Source of the DNA: Elusimicrobiota bacterium
GTDB lineage: Bacteria > Elusimicrobiota > Elusimicrobia > UBA1565
Direction: 5' to 3'
Assembly: GCA_016212885.1 (NCBI GenBank)
Contig: JACRDO010000162.1
Span: 4,985-68,984, forward strand
Length of the DNA: 64,000 nt
Every line of letters begins with the position of its first letter. Position 1 is the first letter of the stretch. The position numbers and the translations under genes are program-made. The notes beneath the pieces were generated by a model. The model was given only the letters and a program-made list of their open reading frames with translations. It ran no database searches and was not told the origin of the DNA. This document shows, in pieces, positions 28,604 to 37,444 of the stretch.

Positions 28604-30532
28604 TCATGCGCCGCCCGCTGCGGCCTGCGGGGACGGTTCTCCGAGAATGAACCGGCCCGAGGAGAACAGGACGTCCCCGTCGGCGAACTCATAGAAGAGC
28701 TTCTCCTCGCCCCCGGTCCGCTTCACAACCACACGCAGCGAGAACTCGCGTCCGGGCAGGAGCAGTTCCCTGAACTTCACCGCCTCCATCTCTTTGAGGG
28801 CCGGGACCCGGCCCAGAAGCTCGGAGGCCGCCATCCACGCCCATTTCGTCTGGACCACGCCGGGCACGACCGGAAATTCCGGGAAATGCCCATCCAGATA
28901 TCCCAGATCGGGAGGGACGCGCAGGCGCAGCGTGATCTTATCCGATGTCCGGACGCGTTCCAGGCGCTCCGGCTGCGTCACCGCCGGGTCGTAGGGTGGA
29001 TGAAAGAGCCGCTTGAGCGCCGGCGCGGTCGTCTTGCCTTGGGCATCCATCGGGAACGCGTCCACATAGCGGAAGTGTCTCGGCAGCGTAACGGGCTCGA
29101 AATGTCGCCGCAGATGCTCCCGGAGGGTTCGGCTGATCGAACCTAAGCCGTTTGGAAAGTTCGATGCGCCGTTCGGAAGTTCGGGACGCCCCGGCTTCAG
29201 GAGCTGCCGCTGAGCGGACGCCTTCAGCACCACGACCGCTCCCACGAAATCGCGCGCGGGCCGCCCGGCGCCCTGAAGGATGACCAACCTCGCATGGGCC
29301 ACCCAGGGATGGGCCTGGAGCCGGCGTTCCATCTCATCGAGCGAAAACCTCTCCTCGGCGATCTTGGCGATCCGGTCCACGCGGCCGAAGACCCGGAACC
29401 GCCCGTCCTCCAGGACCGCGCCGCGATCCCCCATCATCTGGGCGGGGGAGTCCTTGCCGGCCTCGGCGAACGGCGAGCGCACTTGCAGCTGGTCCGGGCC
29501 GGCGCCGGCCCCCGCGATGGAGACGCTCACCCCTTCGAGAGGCCTCCAGTCGGCGCCGGCCCCCTCGCCGCATTGCCGGCGCCAGCCTACGCCGCCGGTT
29601 TCGGTGGAACCGAACACCTCGATAGGCGCGCAGCCCGTCCGCGCCAAGACGGCTTCGGACGAGGAGAGCTTCAGGAGACATCCGGAGGAGAAGATCGCGC
29701 GGCACCCCAGGCCCCCGGGCGGCACATCCGACGCCTGGTCGATACGGTCCAGATGGACCGGCGAGCTGATGATGCATCCGGCCGCTTGTCGGCGCATCGC
29801 GGCGAAGATCTCCTCCCAGAAGAAGAACGTTTGGGCATGGAAAGGCCGCCCCGCGCATAGGGGCCAGAGCAGCCGGAACAGCATGCCGTAGATGTGCTGA
29901 TGGGAAACGGTGGCGAACACCGAACACGCCCCCAGGCGCTCTCCGAAAGTCCGCTCCAAGACGGCCACTTCCTCTTCGAGCTGCGCCACGGCCTTGACGA
30001 CCCGCTTGCTCTCCCCGGTCGAACCGGACGTGAACAACTCGACGCACTTCCTGGACGGGTCCAGCCGCCGCCAGTGGAAGGAGCCCGTCCCTCCGGCCGC
30101 GGGCTTAAGCCACCGCTGTCCGGTGGCCCGGGGCGCGATGTCGCCGATCCCGCCCTCCAGAGTCCCCAGGCACTCCGCGATGCTGCCGGGCCGGAGGTTG
30201 GGAGGCAGGACAGCAACGTTGTCAGTCTGCCACAGAGCGCACAGCCCCACCGCGAAAGAATAGCTCGATCCGCAGGCCAGCAGCCATCGGCCGTTCCGTT
30301 CTCCCCCGAGGCGGATGCACATGTCCGCGACCGCGCCGCGGAAACCGCGCCAATCCACCGGCCGGTCATGGTCGAAGGCGACCAAACCGTCCGGGGGGCG
30401 CTCCTGAGTCAGAAGATCCGACAGACGCGAGAAGCGCAGTCGTTGAGTCATGCGCGCAATCCCGGCCCGGGGCGCATCGGCGGCGGCCTCCGGAAAGTCT
30501 GGAACGTCTCCGGCCTCAGGGAACCCGGGCAT
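28604..30532 (-). CDS. AMP-dependent ligase (acyl/aryl-CoA or ACP ligase) with fused C-terminal hotdog dehydratase domain
   Basis: AMP-binding P-loop TSGSTGESK. The C-terminal roughly 130 aa carry FabA/Z-like DGHFPEFPVVPGV. Confidence 0.75.
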   Translation of the reverse strand: MPGFPEAGDVPDFPEAAADAPRAGIARMTQRLRFSRLSDLLTQERPPDGLVAFDHDRPVDWRGFRGAVADMCIRLGGERNGRWLLACGSSYSFAVGLCALWQTDNVAVLPPNLRPGSIAECLGTLEGGIGDIAPRATGQRWLKPAAGGTGSFHWRRLDPSRKCVELFTSGSTGESKRVVKAVAQLEEEVAVLERTFGERLGACSVFATVSHQHIYGMLFRLLWPLCAGRPFHAQTFFFWEEIFAAMRRQAAGCIISSPVHLDRIDQASDVPPGGLGCRAIFSSGCLLKLSSSEAVLARTGCAPIEVFGSTETGGVGWRRQCGEGAGADWRPLEGVSVSIAGAGAGPDQLQVRSPFAEAGKDSPAQMMGDRGAVLEDGRFRVFGRVDRIAKIAEERFSLDEMERRLQAHPWVAHARLVILQGAGRPARDFVGAVVVLKASAQRQLLKPGRPELPNGASNFPNGLGSISRTLREHLRRHFEPVTLPRHFRYVDAFPMDAQGKTTAPALKRLFHPPYDPAVTQPERLERVRTSDKITLRLRVPPDLGYLDGHFPEFPVVPGVVQTKWAWMAASELLGRVPALKEMEAVKFRELLLPGREFSLRVVVKRTGGEEKLFYEFADGDVLFSSGRFILGEPSPQAAAGGA

Positions 30533-30543
30533 TACCCCGCCTT

Positions 30544-30786
30544 CTAAGTCCTCTTGAAGATGACTTCAACGACGTCCTGGACAGTCCGGATGGACCGCAG
30601 CTCGGATTCCACCAGCTTGATCCCGGTCTCGGTCTCCAGCTTGACCGCCAAGTCGATGGCATCGATGCTGTCGAGATCCAGATCCTCGAATAGTTTGGCG
30701 TCGGGCTTGACGGCTTCCCTGTCGATTCCAAACTCCTTTACGAACACGTCGGTGATCTTTTGAGTTATCTGTTCTTTGGTGCCCAT
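30544..30786 (-). CDS. acyl carrier protein
   Basis: 80 aa with the phosphopantetheine-site motif DLDSID. Confidence 0.8.
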   Translation of the reverse strand: MGTKEQITQKITDVFVKEFGIDREAVKPDAKLFEDLDLDSIDAIDLAVKLETETGIKLVESELRSIRTVQDVVEVIFKRT

Positions 30787-30795
30787 GCCCTTGCT

Positions 30796-31095
30796 CTACC
30801 CACCCAGCGGAGGCTTCGGCGTGTCGCGGCGGTTCTCAGCGACGAACACGGCCAGGTTCCGCACGCTTGCGAAATGGTGTATGTTCATCGAGACGTCGCC
30901 GTCCATCTGGATCCGGTATTTCTTCCCGATCACGATCGCCAGTTCCAGAGCGTCGATGGAATCGAGGCCGAGCCCCTCCACGAACAGAGGCTGCGTGCTG
31001 TCTATGTCTTTGGGCTGGATGTCCGGAAGTTCCAGCGCCTCGATCAGCAGTCCTTTGAGTTCCGACTCAAGGGCGGAAAGGTCATGATCCTGCAT
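30796..31095 (-). CDS. acyl carrier protein (second, tandem)
   Basis: 99 aa with GLDSIDALEL. Tandem ACPs are characteristic of APE-type clusters. Confidence 0.75.
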   Translation of the reverse strand: MQDHDLSALESELKGLLIEALELPDIQPKDIDSTQPLFVEGLGLDSIDALELAIVIGKKYRIQMDGDVSMNIHHFASVRNLAVFVAENRRDTPKPPLGG

Positions 31096-31186
31096 GGCTC
31101 AGCCGGCCGTGTTCCGAATCATATTGCGTTCCTCCGCGAAACCTCTTAACTTTCCACGTTTGATTTTACCTTAATTCCAGCTATTT

Positions 31187-31939
31187 TTGCATTCCATGCG
31201 GCCAACCGGATTTGACCCGCCGATGGCGTGTTGTCTAATATTGATCTCGATGCGATATTCAACCGCAGGTTTTCCATTTAGCCGCCGGCTCGGGCGCTGC
31301 TGCCTCATCGGCTTCCTGCTGTCCGGCGGCGGCTGCCTTCCGGTCATGAAGGACTATGCGGGGCACCGGGTATTCAACCCAATGTACCTCTTCTATCTGG
31401 AGTGGGGATTGCGCGATAAGTGGCAAAAGCCCGACGAGGTGATCACCGCCCTGGAGCTGCCGCCCTCGGCCGTGGTGGCAGACATCGGGGCCGGCGGCGG
31501 CTACTTCACCGAGAAGTTCTCCGCCGCGGTGGGGCCCTCCGGGCGCGTCTACGCTACGGACGTGCAGGAGGTCATGATCAAGCGGCTCGGCAAGCGGGTG
31601 GGGCGGCGCGGCCTCGGGAACGTCTCGGTGGTCCGCGGAGGGTTCCACGACACGATGCTTCCCGAGTCCTGCTGCGACCTGGCGTTCTTTTCAAGCGTCT
31701 ACAAGGAAATCGACGCCCGGATCAGCTACATGAGGAATGTCCGCAGGATCCTCAAGCCCGGCGGTCGGGTGGCGATCCTCGAATACCGCCGGGACGTCGA
31801 CGCGCCGGGCCCGGAGCCGGGATCGCGCCTGGCGCAGGAGCAGGTGATCGACGAGATGCAGTCGGCGGGCTTCGTGCTCCTCAAGAGCCTCGATTTCCTG
31901 CCGCGGGAGTACTTCCTGGTCTTCGGCGCGGCCCCTTGA
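31187..31939 (+). CDS. class I SAM-dependent methyltransferase (ApeB-like position)
   Basis: SAM-binding VADIGAGGGYFT. The start is uncertain: internal Met candidates are MRYSTAG, preceded by a hydrophobic stretch that could be a signal peptide, and MKDYAGHR. Confidence 0.65.
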   Translation: MHSMRPTGFDPPMACCLILISMRYSTAGFPFSRRLGRCCLIGFLLSGGGCLPVMKDYAGHRVFNPMYLFYLEWGLRDKWQKPDEVITALELPPSAVVADIGAGGGYFTEKFSAAVGPSGRVYATDVQEVMIKRLGKRVGRRGLGNVSVVRGGFHDTMLPESCCDLAFFSSVYKEIDARISYMRNVRRILKPGGRVAILEYRRDVDAPGPEPGSRLAQEQVIDEMQSAGFVLLKSLDFLPREYFLVFGAAP

Positions 31940-32029
31940 CGCCGACGACGAGGTCTGCGCGCGCTGCAGGGCCGTCTTGGAGAGCGTGCCTCTCCGGCAT
32001 TGCCGGCGCCGCGGGATCGAAGGCCGCCT

Positions 32030-32962
32030 TCAAGGGCCTTGCTTGGGCGGCGCTTCGCCAGAGGCCGGGGCAGGCTGTTCGCCTAAATGGGCCGCCTTGA
32101 CCCGGCCGACGATGTGGGCCGGTATCACGACTCCGGCGGAAACCGCGTAGCTTACCCAGGTCGGCACGACCATGAACAGGGAAGGCCACCTCAGCGACTC
32201 GCCGGCCGCGTAAGTGCAATAGGCGGGGTAAAGGATCTTGTAGCCGCTCTTCTCATCCTCGATTTCCCTCTTGTCTCGGTAGTACCCGAAAACATCGCCT
32301 GAGGCTTGGGCTTCCACGTAGAGGGGGAGCAGGGGCAGCCCGCCGAGAAAGGCATAGGTGCCCTTGTGCTTTCTTGGGGCGAAGTCCTTGGCATGACCGG
32401 CCTCATGCAAAGCGATGGCCGGGTGGTCGGAATAGACATGCAGGGTGTTCGTGTAAGGATTGTAATGGTCGCCGGCGCTCATGGGCAGGAGGCTGCCGAA
32501 AACTCTTCCGGGGAAGGCTGAGTACATGGCGACGCTCAGGATTCCCAGAGTGTAGCGCCAGCCGGCGCCCACGGTTCTATTGCGGAAGAGACGGCGCCAT
32601 TCCGAGCCCGGGGCGTATTGGTTCAAGCGGACCTTCACGTTGCGCAGGTCATTATCCTCCAAGTAATGTTTGAGCTTCTCCTCCGTCTCCGGGGAGATGT
32701 TATGGTTCTCGATCTTCCAGTTCCAGAGAACCAGTTTGGATGGGAGGGATGAAACGTAATGCCCGAGGCCGTCCAGAAGCCATTGCGGCCTGCCCCTTTC
32801 CACTTGAGGTTCCCCCGGCTCCAAGGCCGAGCCCGGAGATTCGAGGTTGCGCCCGTAGTGGTAGGGCGCCGTGGCGCAGCCGCACGCAAGCAAACCGCCC
32901 AGGGCCAGAGGGAAAAGCAGGCGAATGAATCCCCGCGAGGCCGGTTTCATGCGCTGATTCAC
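32030..32962 (-). CDS. lipoprotein with HExxH zinc-metallopeptidase-like motif
   Basis: Lipobox LLACGC. ALHEAGHAKD motif. Confidence 0.45.
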   Translation of the reverse strand: MNQRMKPASRGFIRLLFPLALGGLLACGCATAPYHYGRNLESPGSALEPGEPQVERGRPQWLLDGLGHYVSSLPSKLVLWNWKIENHNISPETEEKLKHYLEDNDLRNVKVRLNQYAPGSEWRRLFRNRTVGAGWRYTLGILSVAMYSAFPGRVFGSLLPMSAGDHYNPYTNTLHVYSDHPAIALHEAGHAKDFAPRKHKGTYAFLGGLPLLPLYVEAQASGDVFGYYRDKREIEDEKSGYKILYPAYCTYAAGESLRWPSLFMVVPTWVSYAVSAGVVIPAHIVGRVKAAHLGEQPAPASGEAPPKQGP

Positions 32963-33042
32963 CTCGGCTCCAGCGAAATCCAGGCCGAAAAGCGCATCAT
33001 GAGATTATATATTATTGTAAAAATTATAGAATAACCGCCGGC

Positions 33043-33663
33043 TTGACCCGCTTCCTGGCCGAAGGATTCTCCCTGGGCCTCTCGACTGGGCCGTACTGCC
33101 TGAGCGCGTGCGCGCCCCTGCTCGTCCCCTTCATGCTGGCGGACGGACGGGGCACTTGGAGAGGAAATGCCCTGCTCCTGGCAGAGTTCATCGCCGGCCG
33201 CCTGGCGGCCTACCTGCTTTTCGGGCTCGCTGCCGGAGCCATAGGCTCGGCATTCGCGGGCCGCCTGCCTCCCCGCCTCTTGTACGCGGCGATGGCCTTC
33301 TCCGGGCTCCTGATGCTGGCAATCATGGCGCTGAAGACCGCCCCCCAGCTCTCGCTCTGCGCATGGGCCCTGCGCTCGCGGGGCCTCAAGCGCCTCCCCT
33401 TCGCCTTGGGTTTTGTCGTGGGCGTCAACGTGTGTCCGCCTTTCGTGGCTGGCTTGGCGCAGGCCCTGCGGCTCGCGTCCCCCTCAGCTGGGGCCTCGTA
33501 CTTCCTGGCCTTCTTCATCGGCACGACCCTGTACATGCTGCCGCTGTTCGCGATCGTCCCGCTCGCCTTCATGAAGCGCCTGCAGGACATCGGAGCCATC
33601 GCCTGCGGGCTGACGGGCTTGTGGTTCACCGGCTTGGGTCTGCATGGGCTATTCAAGGGTTAA
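33043..33663 (+). CDS. integral membrane protein, DsbD_2/CcdA-like (paired-Cys TM helices)
   Basis: About 6 TM helices. Cys pairs in TM1 (CLSAC) and a later TM (VNVCPPF). Family assignment is tentative. Confidence 0.4.
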   Translation: MTRFLAEGFSLGLSTGPYCLSACAPLLVPFMLADGRGTWRGNALLLAEFIAGRLAAYLLFGLAAGAIGSAFAGRLPPRLLYAAMAFSGLLMLAIMALKTAPQLSLCAWALRSRGLKRLPFALGFVVGVNVCPPFVAGLAQALRLASPSAGASYFLAFFIGTTLYMLPLFAIVPLAFMKRLQDIGAIACGLTGLWFTGLGLHGLFKG

Positions 33664-33725
33664 AATAAAATCGGGCCCTCAGCCGTTATATCCAGCAGGG
33701 GCTCTCGAACGCCGGGTGGGCTAGA

Positions 33726-34289
33726 GTGGACAGCGAAGAAGAACTCTGCCGAAGACTGAAAGCCGGGGACCCCCAAGCGTTCAAAGAGCTGGTGCGGGAA
33801 TATGAAACGCCGATCTACAGCTTCCTCTGCCATCGCCTGCGGGAGAGGGCCGCGGCCGAGGACGCATTCGCGGAGGTCTTCGTGAGGGTCTGGCGCGGCA
33901 TCGGGAGCTACCGTCCGCAGGGCCGGCTCAAGGCCTGGCTCTTCACCATCGCCCATAGGCTTTCGCTCGACCTGGCGGAGAAGGCCAGCCGGCGCGAGCA
34001 GTCCCTGGACGCGGAGGACGCGCAAGGGCGGCCGCTCTCGGAAACCGTGGCCGGCCCCGAGCCCGGGCCGGAGCGCGAGGCCATTGGGCAGGAGACCCGC
34101 GTGCGCATAGAGGCCGCGCTCGCCTCCCTGCCCGAAGAGCAGCGGCAGGTCTTCCTTCTGCGCGAGTACGGCGATCTGAGCTTCGCAGAGATCGCGCTCG
34201 CCATGGACTGCCCGCTTTCGACCGCGCTCTCGCGCATGCGCTACGCGGTCCGCAGGCTGCGGGGAGAACTGGAGGGCCTCGATGCATAG
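33726..34289 (+). CDS. ECF-type RNA polymerase sigma-70 factor
   Basis: Sigma-70 region 2 (FAEVFVRVWRGIGSYR) and region 4 (LPEEQRQVFLLREYGDLSFAEIA). Confidence 0.8.
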   Translation: MDSEEELCRRLKAGDPQAFKELVREYETPIYSFLCHRLRERAAAEDAFAEVFVRVWRGIGSYRPQGRLKAWLFTIAHRLSLDLAEKASRREQSLDAEDAQGRPLSETVAGPEPGPEREAIGQETRVRIEAALASLPEEQRQVFLLREYGDLSFAEIALAMDCPLSTALSRMRYAVRRLRGELEGLDA

Positions 34290-34776
34290 CGACGAGCACG
34301 ATGACCGCTGCCTCCTCTATCATTCCGGGGAGCTGGCCCCTGAAGACCGGGCCGCGTTCGAGGCTGAGCTGGCCGCCTGCGAAGGCTGCCGGGAGTTCCT
34401 GGCTTCCCTGCGCAAGGCTTCCCGGCTGGCGGCCGAGGCCGCGGTGGAGCCGCCTCATGGCCTGGCGGAGCGGACATCGGAAAGGGTCCTGGCCGAGCGC
34501 GGGATGGAGAGCCCCCCGCTGTTCACTCGGCGCTCGCTGGGCTTCGCCCTGGCTTTCGCGGCCCTGGCGATCGCGGTCTACGTCTTCGGCCCCCGTCGTG
34601 CAGGAGAGCAGTCCCTCAATTGGACCAACGGGATCGAGCGGGACCTAGCCCGGACGGAGAGGAAGCTGCAGGCGCTTTCGCGGGACATCGCGGTCGGGAC
34701 GGACCCGGCGGAGATCGACTCGGATTTGCGCGGGCTCGAGGAATCGGCAAGGAAGCTGGAAAAGCAGCTGCTCTGA
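34282..34776 (+). CDS. anti-sigma factor, Cys/His zinc-binding N-terminal domain, single TM
   Basis: Overlaps the sigma stop (ATGCATAG). N-terminal CLLYH...CEGC Cys/His cluster. One TM helix (LGFALAFAALAIAVYVF). Confidence 0.6.
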   Translation: MHSDEHDDRCLLYHSGELAPEDRAAFEAELAACEGCREFLASLRKASRLAAEAAVEPPHGLAERTSERVLAERGMESPPLFTRRSLGFALAFAALAIAVYVFGPRRAGEQSLNWTNGIERDLARTERKLQALSRDIAVGTDPAEIDSDLRGLEESARKLEKQLL

Positions 34777-34793
34777 AAGAGCGGGAGGCGGAC

Positions 34794-35390
34794 ATGGCGT
34801 CTAGGAGAGCGTGGGCGGTGCTGTGCGGAGCAATTCTAATTCCGGCGTTGGCGGCGGCCGCGTGGGCGCAGAAAGGCCCAGGGCCCGGCCGGGAGCCGGG
34901 GGGGCCTCCTCCCGGGATGGAGGACGAGCGGGACTTCCCGCCGGGGCCGCCCGAGGGCGAGGAGAAGGCCATGGAATTCGCCCGGGAAAGCTTCCCGCCC
35001 GAGATGGTCAAGGATATCGAGCGTCTGCGGCAGGAGAATCCGGACAAGTTCCGCCGCAGACTGCACGACATGGCGCCCATCTTGCGCGACCCCGAGGCGC
35101 GGGAGATGATGAAGCGCAACATGAAGGCGGAGTTCGCGGTGCGCCGGCTGGCCCAGGGCATCAAGAAGGCCCAAGGGGCGGAAAAGGATGCCCTGAAGAA
35201 GGACCTCGAGAAGGCCCTCGCCGAGGAGTTCGACGCGAAGCTGGCAGGCCACGAGCTGAAGCTGAAGAAGATGCAGGAGGAGATATCGAACCTCAAAGCC
35301 CGCATCGAGAAGCGCAAGGGGCTCAAGGACAAGATCGTCCAGAAGCGCCTGGGCGAGATGACGGGGGAAGTCGAGACCTGGGATTGGTGA
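34794..35390 (+). CDS. periplasmic coiled-coil protein (Spy/CpxP-like envelope-stress protein)
   Basis: Start at MASRRAWAVLCGAILIPALAAAAWAQ (ATG 34794) after GGGAGG; the track ORF begins upstream at 34620. Signal peptide, Pro/Gly-rich linker and a Lys/Glu-rich helical C-terminus. Followed by a terminator hairpin. Confidence 0.5.
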   Translation: MASRRAWAVLCGAILIPALAAAAWAQKGPGPGREPGGPPPGMEDERDFPPGPPEGEEKAMEFARESFPPEMVKDIERLRQENPDKFRRRLHDMAPILRDPEAREMMKRNMKAEFAVRRLAQGIKKAQGAEKDALKKDLEKALAEEFDAKLAGHELKLKKMQEEISNLKARIEKRKGLKDKIVQKRLGEMTGEVETWDW

Positions 35391-35401
35391 GCTCAGGGTC
35401 A

Positions 35402-35446
35402 AGCGGGGAGCGGCCTGGATAGGAAGGGGCGCTCCCCGCTGCTTTT
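35402..35446 (+). terminator. Rho-independent terminator downstream of the periplasmic-protein gene
   Basis: 11-bp GC-rich stem (AGCGGGGAGCG / CGCTCCCCGCT), 17-nt loop, followed by TGCTTTTG. Confidence 0.55.
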
Positions 35447-35576
35447 GACGAGGGACCCTTGACAGAGTTGCGTTTCCTGTTGATTCTTGTAGAGTCATGT
35501 TGCTTGGTCATGCCCGGAGCCGGCGCATCCTATTGGGGCTTTTGATGTTTATAGGCCTGGGGGGGGCGTTTGCCTC

Positions 35577-37442
35577 TTGCATAGGGCTTTTGCCGGCGAT
35601 CAAGCCGGGAATTCCAAGCTTCTGGCCTTAAGTTCGTTGCTTCCGGATATCGCCGACGGCCAGGCATTGAAGGTCAAGGTCGCCGAAGCTCATCGCATCG
35701 TTCTGCAATTGGACAAAGAAACTCTGGCCGAGAAGTTGAAGCTTCCGAACGTGAATGGAGTATTCGACCCCATCAATTTGGGGCTGGCAAAGCCGGCCAA
35801 GCCAAATGAGTATGGCGGCGGCATGTCGTCTCGCCTGGAATTCATCGAGAAGAATCTGGCGAAGAGCCTTCATGACCTCGCCAAGCTGCCCTCGGCTTGC
35901 GACGCTGCGCATCAGGCCCAATGGAAGGCCGCTTCGGCAAGCCTTCAGCTTCTGCTCAAGACCATCACCCAGGCGAAGCAGGCGCGGGTGCAGGCGACTT
36001 GGACAGCCAAAGAATCGGACAAGCTGATACAAGCCGCCCTGGCGCGCTTGCGGGGAGCAAACGACAAGGCGTCCGTTCGGGAATTGGAGAGCTACAACAA
36101 GAAACTGCAAGACGGCCTTGATGCGGCTGCAAAGGCTCTGGGCAAGGGACTTGCGGGGAAGAGCTTGGACAAGAAGGTCATGCCGAAGCTGGGCGGCAAG
36201 TGCGGAAGTGTTCAGGCGATAGAGCTTCCAACCCAGAAGGAAGCCGGCATGCAGCTTGCGGGCAAGGGCAGCACGAAGGCAGCCGGGTCCGCCCGTATTG
36301 CGGCGAAAAGTGATGTTGTGTTTGCATCTGCGGATACTTCGAAAAATGCTCTATCCAAGCCGGAATCGACCAAACTGGATGTAGCGACTCAAAGTGCTCG
36401 GGGTGGTGAATCTTATATTCAAAAAGGCTCAACTGTCTCGCTCGCTGTCGAGAAAGGAAGACCGAATCCTCATCAGCGCGCATTTGCGGCCTTGGCTGCG
36501 GCTATCGGAAGCCCCATGGCCCCTGCAGCGTCATGGTGCGATTTGGATGACCTGAACTACAAGATCGCAAAAGCGAGCGAGACTATCGGAAAAATAGAAA
36601 AGAATATCATCATGTTAGGAAGGGAACCCGATTGCTGGACAGATTGTTTAGATCTTATAAAGGCACAGGAGAACTTCAAGAACGGGCAGCAAAGGTACTT
36701 GAATAGCCTGCTGGCGGAAAAAAGGAAATGCGAAGGGCCCACTTGCGCGGAGAGGGGGATTGGAATCGAAGGGCCTGCTGACTTAATACTATTTAAGCCG
36801 TCCGGGAAATCGCCAACCCAATCCTTCCGAGTAACGGCGAAAGTGGGTTCCATTACGAAAGTCCAGTGGTCAACATCCAGCAACAAGGTGACCGTGCAGG
36901 GTAGAACCGACCAGACGACAGTCAAGATTCGCCCTTCTTTGGAGAGTGGTCGCGCAGGCGATGTAGCCGTTGCCGTGGACGTGGACGGGTGCTCTGCTCA
37001 GCGGAAACTGACGGTGAGACGTCCGGCAAGTTTGGAGCATGGGACTTTGAAGTATGGTAGATTTCAGAAAAAACGGTTGATATTCTTCAACATACTGTAC
37101 GGAGGAACTGATGGTAAGTTCATATGGACTTTGAAGGATCAGTTATCGAAGCCTTTGGGCGGCACCGAAGTAATCGAAAGCGTTTGGTGCGACCAAGAGG
37201 CAAGCAACGTGAATTGCCGCACAGCTGGCTTTCTCTGGCCGTTTTCTCCCTGGCCAGAGCACCAAAAGACGGATAGTGCTGGCCTATTGGGTGATACATA
37301 TGGAATCGCGCTTAGTGATCTGCCTCCAACCCATAAAGTCACACTGCACCAAAAATTGATATCCAATGGTTACAACGGAACAACTGATGTCGTAATTACA
37401 GAGTCCAGCGTCGTTGGGACAAGTCCCGTGGAGCTAAAATAG
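35577..37442 (+). CDS. hypothetical protein (621 aa) in a low-GC island
   Basis: Long ORF with about 50% GC and atypical codon usage. Lys-rich helical N-terminal half, beta-rich Cys-containing C-terminal half. No recognisable motif. Confidence 0.45.
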   Translation: MHRAFAGDQAGNSKLLALSSLLPDIADGQALKVKVAEAHRIVLQLDKETLAEKLKLPNVNGVFDPINLGLAKPAKPNEYGGGMSSRLEFIEKNLAKSLHDLAKLPSACDAAHQAQWKAASASLQLLLKTITQAKQARVQATWTAKESDKLIQAALARLRGANDKASVRELESYNKKLQDGLDAAAKALGKGLAGKSLDKKVMPKLGGKCGSVQAIELPTQKEAGMQLAGKGSTKAAGSARIAAKSDVVFASADTSKNALSKPESTKLDVATQSARGGESYIQKGSTVSLAVEKGRPNPHQRAFAALAAAIGSPMAPAASWCDLDDLNYKIAKASETIGKIEKNIIMLGREPDCWTDCLDLIKAQENFKNGQQRYLNSLLAEKRKCEGPTCAERGIGIEGPADLILFKPSGKSPTQSFRVTAKVGSITKVQWSTSSNKVTVQGRTDQTTVKIRPSLESGRAGDVAVAVDVDGCSAQRKLTVRRPASLEHGTLKYGRFQKKRLIFFNILYGGTDGKFIWTLKDQLSKPLGGTEVIESVWCDQEASNVNCRTAGFLWPFSPWPEHQKTDSAGLLGDTYGIALSDLPPTHKVTLHQKLISNGYNGTTDVVITESSVVGTSPVELK

Positions 37443-37444
37443 TC

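Noticed and set aside
29148-29162. 15-nt exact repeat GCCGTTTGGAAAGTT shared between the AMP-ligase coding region and the 59.46 kb intergenic region
   Set aside because: A single 15-mer match is about what chance predicts for a 64 kb sequence compared against itself. There is no extended similarity around it.
35609-35622. Adjacent EcoRI (GAATTC) and HindIII (AAGCTT) sites, which might hint at cloning-vector contamination
   Set aside because: The flanking sequence has no similarity to common polylinkers (no SacI/KpnI/BamHI series), and it lies inside a long native-looking ORF. A chance co-occurrence in a lower-GC segment.
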